From contig OZ024741.1 in assembly GCA_964016885.1 (NCBI GenBank), positions 141,980,001-142,044,000 on the forward strand: DNA of 64,000 nt. The letters are read 5' to 3'. The position numbers and the translations under genes were made by a program. Source of the stretch: Eledone cirrhosa. Taxonomy: Eukaryota. The notes beneath the pieces were generated by a model, which saw nothing but the letters and a program-made list of their open reading frames with translations, had not been told where the DNA came from and did no database searches. Every line of letters begins with the position of its first letter. The first letter of the stretch is position 1. Positions 40,731 to 53,520 of this stretch are shown here, piece after piece.

Positions 40731-41749
40731 TAGAAGGGGAAATAAAAGATTAAATAGAAAGATAGAGAGTAAGAAGAGGGGGGGGACGGAAAAAGTTTTG
40801 GGGGAAAATCCCGTGTATATTCAGTCAGTAATTTTGGGTAAGTGCTGAACATATATATATATATATTATGTGTGTGTGTGTGTGTGCATGTGTGTGTGTG
40901 TGTATGTGTGTGCATGTGTGTATGTGTGTGTGTGTATTCATATATATTTAAAACATGAGAAGAAAACATTGAAAACACTATCGTGAAAAAGAGGGTATTT
41001 ACACCTTCAGCATATAATTTTGGCAGCTTCACTTGTTAAAAATGATATTCATGGTAAAGAAGAACATGTACTGAATATTTAAGCGCTTTCTTTTCTATTA
41101 TACAATAGAAGTCTGGTGTTTATAATTTCTTCGTAGAAATTCTAAATATTTTAGGTACTAAGAACAATCTACCTTTATGTTTAATTCATATATATATATA
41201 TATACATAGTGTATGTAGGTGTATGCACATGTATACATATCTACATATGTATATTGAATGTATATACGTATAAATGTATATGTGTATATGTATGTATATG
41301 CGTATATGCGCGAGTATATGTATGTATTGTATATATACATTTGTGAGTGCACATGCAAGCGCACGTGCGCGTACATGTGTATATATGTATTTGTGTGTGT
41401 ATCATGTTCATATACTATATCTTCGTTTACGCATGCATCTACATTGGCCAGCAGATACTTATGTATGAGCCTAAATCCGAAAACATTATTATTAACTAGA
41501 CTACCCGTGACCCGTTGGGTTACGTCCCTTCAAAATATTTTTTTTAAATCATGTTCACTTCAAAATAATGTTTAAATAATTAAAATATACCAAGACATGT
41601 ATATAATGTGTAATGAAACTGGAAGGCCCATATATATACGTGTGTGTATGTATATATATATAAATGTGTGTGTATGTATATATATATATAAATGTGTGTG
41701 TTTGTATACATATATATATACAAACATATATATATATATATATATATAT

Positions 41750-42482
41750 GTTTTCATTTTGTCCTTAATTGTAAGTTGTGATGTTGCTGTTCCACTCATA
41801 TTTTCTATTTAATTTTGGTTGTAATTCTTTTATGTTTATTGCCTCTGTGATTTGTCTAAATTGCGTCTTTTCTGTGTGTAGATTCTATTTTTATTTCTAT
41901 GTTCTCTAATTTACCCTTGTGTTCTATTTTAGCATGTTGGTAGAGTACAGATGATTCTTTACTATCTTGAAGGTCTCGCCAGTGTTCATTTATCCGTTCC
42001 CCTCCACTACGAGCTGTCTCACCTATGTACACTATATTTTTGTCTCTACATTGTCCTTCAGTACATCTTATGCTATACACTACATTTCTAGTTGAAAACA
42101 CACACACACATAGAACAAACAACCAACCAGTAACATGTAAATAAACAAATAAATAAATGAACATAAACACACACAGACACCCGGATGTGGCGCATGCGCA
42201 GACTAAGCACACAACACACACACAGAAACAAAATGGCGTAGGACAGAACAAAGGAGAGGCACAAAAACAAAGAAAAGAATCCCCAGTCACTGAAGAGGTC
42301 ACAGAATGTGTGACGAAAGAACTTTGACAATATATAAACAACTATCTGGTTGTGGAACCAACCAACCAACCAGAAATTTATAGATTTATTCCTAAATTTA
42401 TGAATTTATTATAATAAATTGAAGTGAAAGCAACTGGTGCGTGTGTTTCTTATTGGCAACATGACCCTCCCAAAGTATAACA

Positions 42483-42485
<3 letters not shown>
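41750..42485. mobile_element. Penelope-like element copy with 5' inversion (GIY-YIG part on minus, 3' UTR on plus)
   Basis: Compared with the colinear copy at 62533-63336: 41750-42093 is minus-strand EN ([17 protein letters not shown]), 42093-42485 is the plus-strand 3' UTR with a hammerhead-like motif at 42285-42329. Confidence 0.9.
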
Positions 42486-42518
<33 letters not shown>

Positions 42519-42617
42519 ATATATATATATTATATATATATTATATATATATTATATATATATATATATTATATATATATTATATATATATTATATATAT
42601 ATATATTATATATATAT

Positions 42618-42652
<35 letters not shown>

Positions 42653-42872
42653 ATATATATATTATATATATATATATTATATATATATTATATATTATAT
42701 ATATATTATATATATATATATTATATATATATTATATATATATTATATATATATTATATTATATATATATTATATATATATTATATATATATATTATATA
42801 TATATTATATATATATATATTATATATATATTATATATATATTATATATATATTATATATATATATATATAT

Positions 42873-42906
<34 letters not shown>

Positions 42907-43058
42907 ATTATATATATATTATATATATATTATATATATATATATTATATATATATTATATATATATATTATATATACATTATATATATATATATTATAT
43001 ATATATTATATATATATATTATAAATATATTATATATATATATATATTATATATATAT

Positions 43059-43090
<32 letters not shown>

Positions 43091-43122
43091 ATATTATATA
43101 TATATATATATTATATATATAT

Positions 43123-43154
<32 letters not shown>

Positions 43155-43186
43155 ATATTATATATATATATATATTATATATATAT

Positions 43187-43218
<32 letters not shown>

Positions 43219-43348
43219 ATTATATATATATTATATATATATATATTATATATATATTATATATATATTATATATATATTATATATATATATATTATATA
43301 TATATATTATATATATATTATATATATATATATATATATTATATATAA
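42486..43348. repeat. ~860-bp pure A/T microsatellite
   Basis: (TA)n interrupted by TT. Confidence 0.95.
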
Positions 43349-43349
43349 T

Positions 43350-44000
43350 TTACAAGTTAAGGATAATATTGCTAAAAAATTTTTTTATATCCTTGAGAAA
43401 AACTTCCCGCCAAACCACAAATACCATCAAATCTTAAATAGGTCTACAGTTAAATTCTCATACTCTACAACAAATAACATAAAACAAAATATAAGTGCAT
43501 ATAATGCATATAAATGTAAGAAAACCATAAGTATACCACCAGTACATCAAATTAACAATAATATCTCCTCAAATACAGAATTAACGAAAGGATGTAACTG
43601 TAGAAACAAAACAAACTGCCCATTAAAAGGGAATTGTCTTGTTAACAACATAGTCTATAAATGTAATGTTAAAACTAAAGATTCTATTTGCTCATATATA
43701 GGAGCTACCTCTAACAATTTTAAGACAAGGTTTAATACCCACAAACATAGCTTTAAAAATGCCGCACTGGCTAATACAACATCTCTAGCAGAAAAAATCA
43801 ATAGTTATAAAAATAAAAATATAAAATATGATTTGACCTGGAGTGTGCTCAAAAGAGCCACCCCTTATCAAAATAATAGAAAGGAATGTAGATTATGTTC
43901 CCAAGAACTATTTGAAATAATGAAGTCTAGGGATATCTTATTAAATAAAAGACAGGAATTAATTATATCGTGTAATCATAAACTAAAAAAAAAAATTTAA
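43350..44000 (+). pseudogene. Penelope-like GIY-YIG endonuclease, 5'-truncated, absent from the ORF track
   Basis: Manual translation: NFPPNHKYHQILNRSTVKFSYS..CNCRNKTNCPLKGNCLVNNIVY..YIGAT..FKTRFNTH..CRLCSQE..LLNKRQELIISCNH. Confidence 0.9.
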
Positions 44001-45299
44001 ATATTATAAACCTAATTAATAACATTATTCTAGAATTTAATTTAATTTAAATGTTAGTTAACCTATAAATTTAATTTAATTAATATTTTATTACAGATGA
44101 GAAAATAATATGTAATCATAAATTTTGAAAAACCTTTAAATATTACTAATATATACTCAGTAATTTAATTTATAGATTAATTTTAATTTATTTTAACCTT
44201 TTATTATAATTTTTTTTTTTTATTATAATTCTTTTACAGATAAAATATAATAATATCATGTATCCTATGACGGAGAAAGAATTTTTAGTATTATAGACCT
44301 AATTAATATACATTTTGGAAATATATTTATTATTTGGTTTTAGTTTTAATCAACCTAAAACTTTAATTTTAATTTGCTTAAAATTAGTATCCTTGTACAG
44401 ACGAATTGCAGAATGTCATGTAATCATAGAATGGGATGTGTTTTGGATATATACCTAGTTAATATATTCTGTGCAATTTTTTGAAAAAGATATGTATATC
44501 TATATGTATATGTATATGTGTGTATTGTATGTGTATCTGTATGTATATTTATGTGACTATATATGTATGTATGTGTATATATATGTATATATATATATAT
44601 ATGTGTGTATATGTATATATATGTGTATGTGTATGTATATGTATATGTATGCGTATTAATTTTGATTTTTATTTGCATATAATTATATTATGCTATTGAT
44701 GAAATACAATATCTGCTTTATGTATTGTATACCTAATTAACATATACTAATTAACGTATACTATTGAAATAAATATATAATTTTTAATTTAGTTAACATA
44801 TAATTTATATGCTACTACCGATGTAATACTTTATTTTATTTTTATTTGGGTTTCTTTTCCCTATTACTAAATTCATCTCCTAATATTGATACCATAACGT
44901 TATTAACTTTAATTTAGTTATAATGTAATTAATAATCTACTACTGTTTGACTTCATAATTCTGCTTCAAATATTATAAACCTAACTAATTTACACCTTGG
45001 AAATCAATATGTTGACTATCTTTGGTTTAGTTAACATATGATTAATGGTATACTTTTTTATTTTGGGATGCATAGATTTCGTATTTCCTAGCACTGAAAA
45101 TATGTAAGAACATACATTGAATTAAGATACGGAAAATATTATATGTTTCTTGAAACATATATTTACTTTGATCCCCTTCTCCAAACCCCCCCTTTCCCCC
45201 ATACTATTATCATCTGTTTTTGTAAGAGTATATGTATGAATATATGTGTAGGTGGGTGTCTATATAGGTTTTGGTATTTATTTCTAAATATAAAAATAC

Positions 45300-45809
45300 A
45301 TATATGAGCATGTAAATATGAATGTAAGATTGAGTGTGTATATATGATTGTACATACATATGTATGTATATATATGTATATATATGTATTATATATGTAT
45401 GTGTATGTGAATGTGTGGTATGTATATGTGTATGTATATGTATATATGTGTATGTATGTGTATGCTTGTATATAGGAATATATATATGTGTATATATGTA
45501 TGTATATATATATGCGTGGTTGTATGTATGTGTATATGGGTTCTGTATATATTTGTATGTCTCTCTATTTATATGTTTATCTTCGTATCTATGTGATATA
45601 TATGTGTGTGTGTGTGCATATATGCATATGTATGTGTTTGTGTGTGTTTGTATGTGTGTGTGTATATATATATGTATTTGCGCACACTCACATACACATA
45701 TATATATATATGTATATGTGAGTGTGTATGTGTGTCTCTGTGTGTGTGTGTGTGTGTGTATGTGTATATATGTATGTATATGTATGTATGTATGTATGTG
45801 TATATATAT

Positions 45810-45845
<36 letters not shown>

Positions 45846-46221
45846 ATATAGGTGTCTATGTGTGAATATATGTCTTTATTCGTATGTGTGTATTTATGTA
45901 TGTATATGTTTAGGTGTATGTATGTATGTGTATGTATGTGTGTGTATATATATATGTATATGTATATATGTATATGTGTGTATATATGTATATATATATA
46001 TATATATTATTCTTTATTATTATTGTAATATAACTTATGTGTATATGTGTATAAGTGAGGTTGTGTATGTATATATACTATGTGTATATATAAGAGTAAT
46101 GAAATATATATATATATATATATATATATGTGCATGTCTGTTTTTTATGTGTGTGTATATATATATATATGTATGTGTATGTGTGTGTATATATGTATAA
46201 TATGTGTACGTGTGTGTATGT

Positions 46222-46259
<38 letters not shown>

Positions 46260-46374
46260 GTGGTTGTTTGTATGTATATTTATGGTGGTATGAGTGTGGG
46301 GATATATATGTTTGTATATATATATGTATATGTATGTATATATATATATATATGAGTCTATGTGTGTGTGTATA

Positions 46375-46417
<43 letters not shown>

Positions 46418-46600
46418 ATGTGTGTATGTGTTGCGCGTGAGTGTGTGTGTATTTATATCTTTTATATGTGTATGTGTATGTTCGTGTAAATGTATGTGTG
46501 TGTATGACAGTATAGGTATGTGTGTATGTATGTATGTGTAGATATCTCTATGTGCGCGTACATGTATGTATGTGTATGTATATCTGTATGTGTATGTACA
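45300..46600. repeat. Compound (TA)/(TG)/(TATG) microsatellite
   Basis: Direct reading. Confidence 0.9.
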
Positions 46601-46828
46601 TTTATTATATTTTATTGTTTTTATTTTTTTATTTTTCTTAATTTATAGATACATTTATATTAGGCTGTCTGGTCTGACAATCTAATACTGACCCCTCCCC
46701 CCCCCTCCCACCTAATTTCTGTATCTTGATCTTGAAATGTGTGTACCAGTGTTTTTATGTGAGTGACTTAATTTCTATTTGCTTATGATTTTATATCCAC
46801 ATATATAAATGTGAGTGGGGGAGTGTGT

Positions 46829-47028
46829 NNNNNNNNNNNNNNNNNNNNNNNNNNNNNNNNNNNNNNNNNNNNNNNNNNNNNNNNNNNNNNNNNNNNNNNN
46901 NNNNNNNNNNNNNNNNNNNNNNNNNNNNNNNNNNNNNNNNNNNNNNNNNNNNNNNNNNNNNNNNNNNNNNNNNNNNNNNNNNNNNNNNNNNNNNNNNNNN
47001 NNNNNNNNNNNNNNNNNNNNNNNNNNNN
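46829..47028. other. Assembly gap (N run)
   Basis: 200 N. Confidence 0.99.
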
Positions 47029-47039
47029 AAAAAGTGTTC

Positions 47040-47505
47040 TAATATATTCTGTGAGCAGTTTGAACATATATGAATTTTCTATCAAACTTTTTTCTTATAT
47101 AGGTGTGATGGTGAATGAGGAAGTGGTATTTAACAGATCAGGATTCCATCGAATTAACTTGGTTAAACTAGAAAATTATTTTACTATTCATAGTAATGGC
47201 CCAAGTGGCTTTTTGAAGAGTATGTTTTTAGCTTTTTTTTGCTACTTTACCCCTGCAACACCGACCTTTTGACACCAAATTTTGACACGATTAAACTCCA
47301 CCTACTTATTCACACTAAACACACACTCATCAAAATGCCACTTAGACCATTACTATGAATAGTAAAATAATTTTCTAGTTTAATCAAGTGAATTCGATGG
47401 AATCCTGACCTGTTAAATACCACTTCAACATTTACCACCACACCTATATAAGAAGAAAGTTTGATAGAAAATTCATATATGTTCAAACTGATCACAGAAA
47501 TTTAT
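47040..47505. repeat. Diverged ~190-bp inverted repeat
   Basis: 47040-47231 is an approximate reverse complement of 47315-47505. Confidence 0.85.
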
Positions 47506-47641
47506 TATACTTATTCACCAACCAACCAAATTACTTCTCTAAAAACCTAGCATTTCGAGCCACTTTTTTCCATGTAAAACAGAAGTAACATTCAAACACC
47601 AACCAGATGTGAGAAAAACCACAAACCCTCCAACTCAATTC

Positions 47642-47681
47642 TACTTTTGAAAAGCACAAGAACTGCGAAACCGGTAAAGTA
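47642..47681 (+). ncRNA. Minimal hammerhead, U3:A8 variant
   Basis: TACTT TTGAAAA GCA-CAAGAAC-TGC GAAA CCGG TA AAGTA. Confidence 0.72.
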
Positions 47682-47899
47682 ACCAAATAGATATATTTAA
47701 AAAAAAAAGATCCCAGTTGCATTTTTGATTTCATTTTTTTCCCTTCTATATATAGAAATATATATATATATGAGAGAGAGAGAGGGGGGAGGTAGAGAGA
47801 AGAGGGTAGAAAGAGAGATGCAAAAGTTGTTCGGAGAGAGTGGGGGGGGGGGAGAGAGAGAGTGAGAGAATTAGTCGTTTACTGACATAAATTTAATAA

Positions 47900-48002
47900 G
47901 CACAATCGGTTAGCACTCCGTACTTATAGACATTACCTTCTTTGTGTTGATCACATGACGGGAGATATGTGGAGGTTGTGAGTTCGGGCCTCACCAAGGG
48001 CA
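47900..48002 (+). pseudogene. tRNA-Ile(UAU) intron-containing pseudogene with 5' deletion
   Basis: Lacks the acceptor 5' strand; otherwise homologous to 60204-60315. Confidence 0.8.
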
Positions 48003-48135
48003 GATATACTTCCTTTTTTTTCATTTAAGCAGCCATCTATATTAGTTATTTATCAAATTTCCTGATTGCATCCATCTTGTAAAGTTGAATATTTATTACT
48101 TATGTATAATTAGTATTTACAAATCCTTTCACACA

Positions 48136-48192
<57 letters not shown>

Positions 48193-48668
48193 ACACACAC
48201 ACACACACTCACACACACACACACACACGCACACGCACACACACACATACATATGGGAGCTGTGTCACAAAGAATACTGGCCTTTCTGTTCAGGACCAAA
48301 TAATATTTCATCAACCACCCCCTATGAACAATACTCAATACTCAATGAAGTATTGGTCCCAAAATAATGAAGAAGGATATCAACAACAGCGAAATTTGAA
48401 CACAAAACAATGAAAGACACTCTACCGACTTTTACCAACCACTATCTATTTAGAGAATTTATACCCCCCCCCCCCACATACTGACCCAGGCTATGTTTGT
48501 ATTCGCAACACCCAAAATAAACAACTGGTGTGTAAAACACAAATACTAATCATAGATATGTAATAAATATACAACTTTACAAGATGGATGCAATCAGGAA
48601 ATTTGATAAATAACTAATATAGATTGCTGCTTAAATGAAAAAAAAAAAAAAAAATGAAAAGTAATTTC

Positions 48669-48780
48669 TGCCCTGGGTGAGGTTCGAACTCACAACCTCC
48701 GCATATCTCCTATCTTATGATTAACACAAGGAAGGTACTGTCTATAAGTACGGCGCGCTAACCGATTGTGCCACCGGGGC
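48669..48780 (-). tRNA. trnI: tRNA-Ile(UAU) with 38-nt intron (gene or young pseudogene)
   Basis: GCCCCGGTGGCACAATCGGTTAGCGCGCCGTACT-TAT-A[intron]ATGCGGAGGTTGTGAGTTCGAACCTCACCCAGGGCA, followed by oligo-T; two A.C mismatches in stems. Confidence 0.8.
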
Positions 48781-49481
48781 AGTTGTTTGATGGTTATTAA
48801 ATTTATGTCAATGAACGACTAATTCTCTCTCTCTCTTTCTTTTCGTATATATGTATGTATATATAGTGTACAATTTTTTGCATCTCTCTCTCTCTCTCTC
48901 TGTGCGCGTGTGTGGGCGTGTGCGCGTGTTGACAGTGTGTGTGCGTGTGCGTGATATGAATTTGGACATTTTCAAAGAAGAATCTCTCTTCTACATTCTT
49001 TCACATAGGTAATGTCCGTGAAACATATACATACAAATAGGGTCCGAACACAAAGAAACCAAACTCCCACAGTCACTGTCACTGCCTTTGTCTCTCCCGC
49101 TCTCCCCATCTCTCACCACTAGGAGCAAATGGTGCACCACTCGCTGGCGGCCCCGGTGGACAGAATAGAGAAGGCGTTTTCCCGGAGGATGGTGAGGGAA
49201 ACGTGCTGGGAGAACCATTCCATTTCGCGAGGCTCACATCTGCGAGTAGCCAACTCTGTGCCGATTTTGGTTTGTAGGGAGGTGGCCCTAGGGCCAAGGA
49301 CATCAGAAGCCTCCACTATTCCTGGCAGTGAAAAGGGAATAAAGTTCCATTCAAATAAAAGGTTAAAAAGTAAAAGTAAAAAAGTTCAAACGTACAGTAT
49401 ATTTGGAGATTATTCCTCTCTTTAAACCGATTGATTGAATAATTTTATAATTGTTTCATTAAGTAGATTTAAATTTTGACA

Positions 49482-49524
49482 AATATTACCGGTTTCAATT
49501 GTTTCATCAATCTTATCAAATATT
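49482..49524 (-). ncRNA. Minimal hammerhead, U3:A8 variant
   Basis: Minus strand: AATAT TTGATAA GATTG-ATGAAA-CAATT GAAA CCGG TA ATATT. Confidence 0.72.
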
Positions 49525-49773
49525 GAATAATTGTTCACTACATATACATACACATATATAAAGAATGAGAGAGAGAGAGAGATAGAGAAAGAGGAGGAGA
49601 GAGGGTGAGGGACAGATAGGGGGGGGGGGGAGAGAGAGAGAGAGTGTCATTCACTGTTATAAATATAATTGTTTCTACTTTAGGCACAAAGCCAGCAATA
49701 ACCCAGTGCATTACTGGTACTTTATTTTTATCGACCCCGTAAGGCAAAGTCAACCTCGAAACTTCAAATAACT

Positions 49774-49885
49774 GCCACTGTGGCACAATCGGTTATCGTG
49801 CCGTACTTATAGACAGTAACTTCCTTATATTAATCACGTGACGGGAGATAAGCGGAGGTTGTGAGTTGGAGCCTCACCCGAGGCA
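49774..49885 (+). pseudogene. tRNA-Ile(UAU) intron-containing pseudogene
   Basis: Homologous copy with acceptor, D-arm and T-loop (TTGGA) substitutions. Confidence 0.8.
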
Positions 49886-50171
49886 GATATGTTTTCTTTT
49901 TTTTTCATTTAAGCAGTCATCTATATTAGATATTTATCAAATTTCCTGATTTCATCCATCTTGTAAAGTTGAATATTTATTACTTATGTATAATTTGTGT
50001 TTTACACAACAGTTGTTTATTTTGTTGCGAATAGAAACATGTGCAAAAGAATTTGGTCCACTAAACACACAGATGCAAAAAATTGTTCACTCTATATACA
50101 TACATATATTCGAAAAGAGAGAGAGAAAAATAGTCGTTCATTGACATAAATTTAATAACCACCAAACAGCT

Positions 50172-50283
50172 TCCCCGGTGGCACAATCGGTTATCTCGCC
50201 GTACTTAAAGATAGTGCCTTCCTTGTGTTAATCACAAGATAGGAGATATGCGGAGGTTGTTAATTCGAACCTCACCCAGGGCA
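50172..50283 (+). pseudogene. tRNA-Ile-derived pseudogene with anticodon mutated to TAA
   Basis: GTACT-TAA-AG; broken D and T stems. Confidence 0.8.
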
Positions 50284-50320
50284 GATCATTTTTTCATTTA
50301 AGCAGTCATTTATATTAGTT

Positions 50321-50915
50321 ACTAGACTACCCGTGGCCCGTTGGATCAAGTTCACTTCAAAATATAAAAAAAAAAATAATGTTCACTTAAAAATGATTTT
50401 TAAATAATTAAAATATACACTGACATGTATATAATGTGGAATGAAACTGGAATGTGTGTATGTATATATATAAATGTGTGCGTTTGTATACATATATATA
50501 TATACATATGTCGGTGTCTGGGATCTATATACACTGTTCATAGACACACACACACACGCATACACATACATATATATACACAAACACTCACCTATATATA
50601 TTCACAACACCATCAGCTCTCTCTCTTCTATTCTCCTTCTCTGTTTCCTCTCCCTCTCTCTATGTCTCTATTTCAATCTACTCTCTCACAACCACTATCT
50701 CTTTCTCTCTATCATTTTCTCTCCCTCTGTTTATGAAGGTACAAAGAAAAACCCCATATCTCGGGAACCCGTGCCCCGATTTACGCGAAACTTGTTTTAT
50801 TCCATTTGTATTACCATTTCACGGGCAATTTTCTTTCAAAGTATTTTTCCTTTATGTGCCGTTTTGGCTGTATTAAATTACAGACAAGCACACAATCACA
50901 GAGTTTTAGTAGTAT
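50321..50915 (-). mobile_element. Non-autonomous Helitron-like element
   Basis: Minus strand ends ..CGGGCCACGGGTAGT-CTAG|T; the same terminus occurs at ~41495 and ~50916. Confidence 0.6.
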
Positions 50916-51227
50916 ACTAGACCCCCCGTGACACGTTGCGTTATGTTCACTTAAAACTATTAAAAAAAAAATCAATGTTCACATAAAAATAATCACACAA
51001 TAAGCTCATAATCAGAGTTTTAGAAGCATATAGATAGATATTTCTTTTGTGGAGCAAGAGACTCCTTGTCTTCATTATGACATCTTTCTAGAATGTCACT
51101 ATGATATAAAACCTGTGATTTCGATTGCATCCAGTGATGTAGATCAGTTCTTCCTTTTTGGTAAATGCATTCGATGTTCAGAGGATGGGATTGGCTCCAT
51201 GCAAAGCCTTTCCCCACTTAAAAAAGA

Positions 51228-51275
<48 letters not shown>

Positions 51276-51289
51276 TTTAGGCCTCCACC

Positions 51290-51605
51290 ACTAATGACCA
51301 TGGTTTGCACCCAGAAATTTTCCCTCCGAGGCACAGACTGGGCAAGGTTTGTTTGTGGAAGATCAGCAGTCGCTCATGCATACCAGTCTCCCCTCTCCAC
51401 GCCGCCGATGTTGTCCAAGGGAAAGGCAATGGCCGATACAGCTTGGCACAAGTGAGGTTGCAATTCATTTCTACAGCTGAGTGAACTGAGTGAACGTGAA
51501 ATAAAGTGTCTTGCTCAGGGAATAACGTATCACCCGATCCGAGAATCGAACTCACAACCTCTCAATTGCAAGCTCAACACTCTAACCACTAAACCATGCG
51601 CATTC
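51290..51605 (-). mobile_element. CORE-like SINE with a different 3' body
   Basis: GTGAAATAAAGTGTCTTGCTCAGGG..GAATCGAACTCAC..AACCACTAAACCA. Confidence 0.7.
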
Positions 51606-51609
51606 AATA

Positions 51610-52299
51610 TATGGAATCGTGAAGAAATTTTTCGCCTGGTTTTTTTTCGCGTTTTCAACTAATCCGTCCTCCAACATGCTTGCAATCGCCTTCTTTTCCG
51701 AAAACAGAATGGGGGGAGGTGCGAGAGGGAGAACTTTCAGATTTCCCCAGCTGTGGAGATTGCTTCAGTTCGAATAACAGAAGCGGGAAGGGAGGTGGGG
51801 ATACTCAGATTCACAGAGAAGCACTTCTCAGCCGTTTAAATTTATAGAAAAGGACTCCCTTGATACTGTAGGATGTTTGATTCTTCGTCATTTTGTCATG
51901 TTGTGGAAAGCGTTGTAAGCTTAATTAATTGTTTCCTAATTTATAAATCCACCATTCCAATGAGGAGTGGCTGTGTGAAAGAGCAATCCTTGTCCTCCAA
52001 AACATCACAGTGAATGCCATCAATAAAATCGCTCACACGTGATCCCTGGAGGTAGCCAGACCTATAAATCTATCGACAATATTTTATCATTTTCCTAGGA
52101 TACATTTTTCTATTATTTTCTTTATTACTTTCTGTATGAAGATAATCTGAATATTTAAAAATAAATTATGTTATGCAATATTTAAATACCTTTTAACGCC
52201 TTTTATTCCAAGGAAAATGGACATTAAGACAGTTGACAATGTGCCTTATAAATAGATCTGAGCACAGTACAGACCGGGGCGAAATTCGGGAGGCCGCTA

Positions 52300-52300
<1 letters not shown>
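51610..52300 (+). mobile_element. Internally deleted Helitron (Pif1-like helicase remnant and 3' terminus)
   Basis: ~51890-52080 encodes FCHVVES..NEEWLCERAIL..N..VNAIN..IPG.SQTYKSID; ends with GC-rich hairpin CCGGGGCGAAATTCGG, then CTAG|T at 52300. Confidence 0.75.
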
Positions 52301-52336
<36 letters not shown>

Positions 52337-52407
52337 ATTATAATAATAATAATAATAATAATAATAATTATTATTATTATTATGTAATAAACAACACAAT
52401 ACAATTA

Positions 52408-52480
52408 TTCCATTTACCAAAGGTTTCACGAAGACAGGCAACCTGAACAGAGGTGTCCGAAGTCGTTCATCAGAAAGGAA
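52408..52480 (-). ncRNA. Type I hammerhead with closed stem III
   Basis: Minus strand: TTCCTTT CTGATGA [ACGA..GGACA..TGTCT-TCGT] GAAA CC-TTT-GG TA AATGGAA. Confidence 0.8.
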
Positions 52481-52829
52481 AATTTAATATGGATGTGAGA
52501 TATGAAATTAAAAACAAAAGCTATTACAATTGAAAACGAAGCTGAAATAAGATTAAAAAATAATAAAATAATAAAATTAAATAAAATAACGCGAAAAAAA
52601 AAATATATATATACACACACAGACGCAGGACATAAGGTTAGGGAGTAAAAATATTTACACACATATATAGCTCTGTACCTTACATAGAGCACTCTTCCTT
52701 CCTTTACCTTTTCTACGAAAACACGCACACACACACACATATATATATATATATACATAGAAAGAGAGAGGGAGAGGGAGAGGGAGGAGGGAGAGATATG
52801 CACAGCAACTCGATTAGTTCATGCTATAT

Positions 52830-53520
52830 GGTCAGTGGCGACCTCTAGTTTTCTGCAGTCGACAACTGCTACCAACTGAACAGAAATATAATACTTTCGA
52901 CAGGGAATTGTTAGTCGCTCATTTAGGTGACTGATATTTTCGTTTCCTTTTGGAAATTCGATGTTTACAGACCTCAAACCACTTCGCTATCAACAAGCTA
53001 TCGAAGCCATAGTCTGCACGTCAACAACGGCAGTTATAAGCCATTTATGAGTACACTACTAACATTCAGCGCATATCTGGAGAAAGCAACCCAGTTGCTG
53101 ATGCACTCTCCAGAGCCTCTATTGACTCTGACACCTACATACTCTCGATAACTGAAGGTCTTGGCTATGAGGCTATGGTCGTAGCTCACCAAACAGATGA
53201 TGACGTCAGGGCCTACCGCATCGCTGTCAATTCCCTTTCCTTGCATTTTAGTTCCAACAGAACAACCCTCCTTTGCGATGTATCCACCGAGAAACCACGA
53301 CCAATCGCTCCATTAGCTTGGCGTCGAAAATATTTTTACACCATTCTCAGACTCTCCCATCATGGTACCAGAGCCACACGGCACCAGATGTCGTGCAAAT
53401 TATCCTGTCATGGTATGGTCAAGCAAATTGGGAATGGATAAAAGCCTGTCACCCCTGCCAACAAACCAAAATCCATAAGCAAACCAAAGCACCTCTCAGC
53501 AGCTATGAACTTCCATACAC
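52830..53520 (+). pseudogene. Ty3/Gypsy pol remnant (RNase H end and integrase HHCC region)
   Basis: IQRISGESNPVADALSR; LLCDVSTEKPRP..LSHHGTRAT..CHPCQQTKIHK. Confidence 0.85.

Noticed and set aside
50172-50283. tRNA-Leu(UAA) by anticodon shift
   Set aside because: Broken D and T stems and an Ile body; a decayed copy.
51020-51220. Tc1/mariner-like remnant (KGRTDLH..Y..DIL)
   Set aside because: Similarity too short to support without a search.
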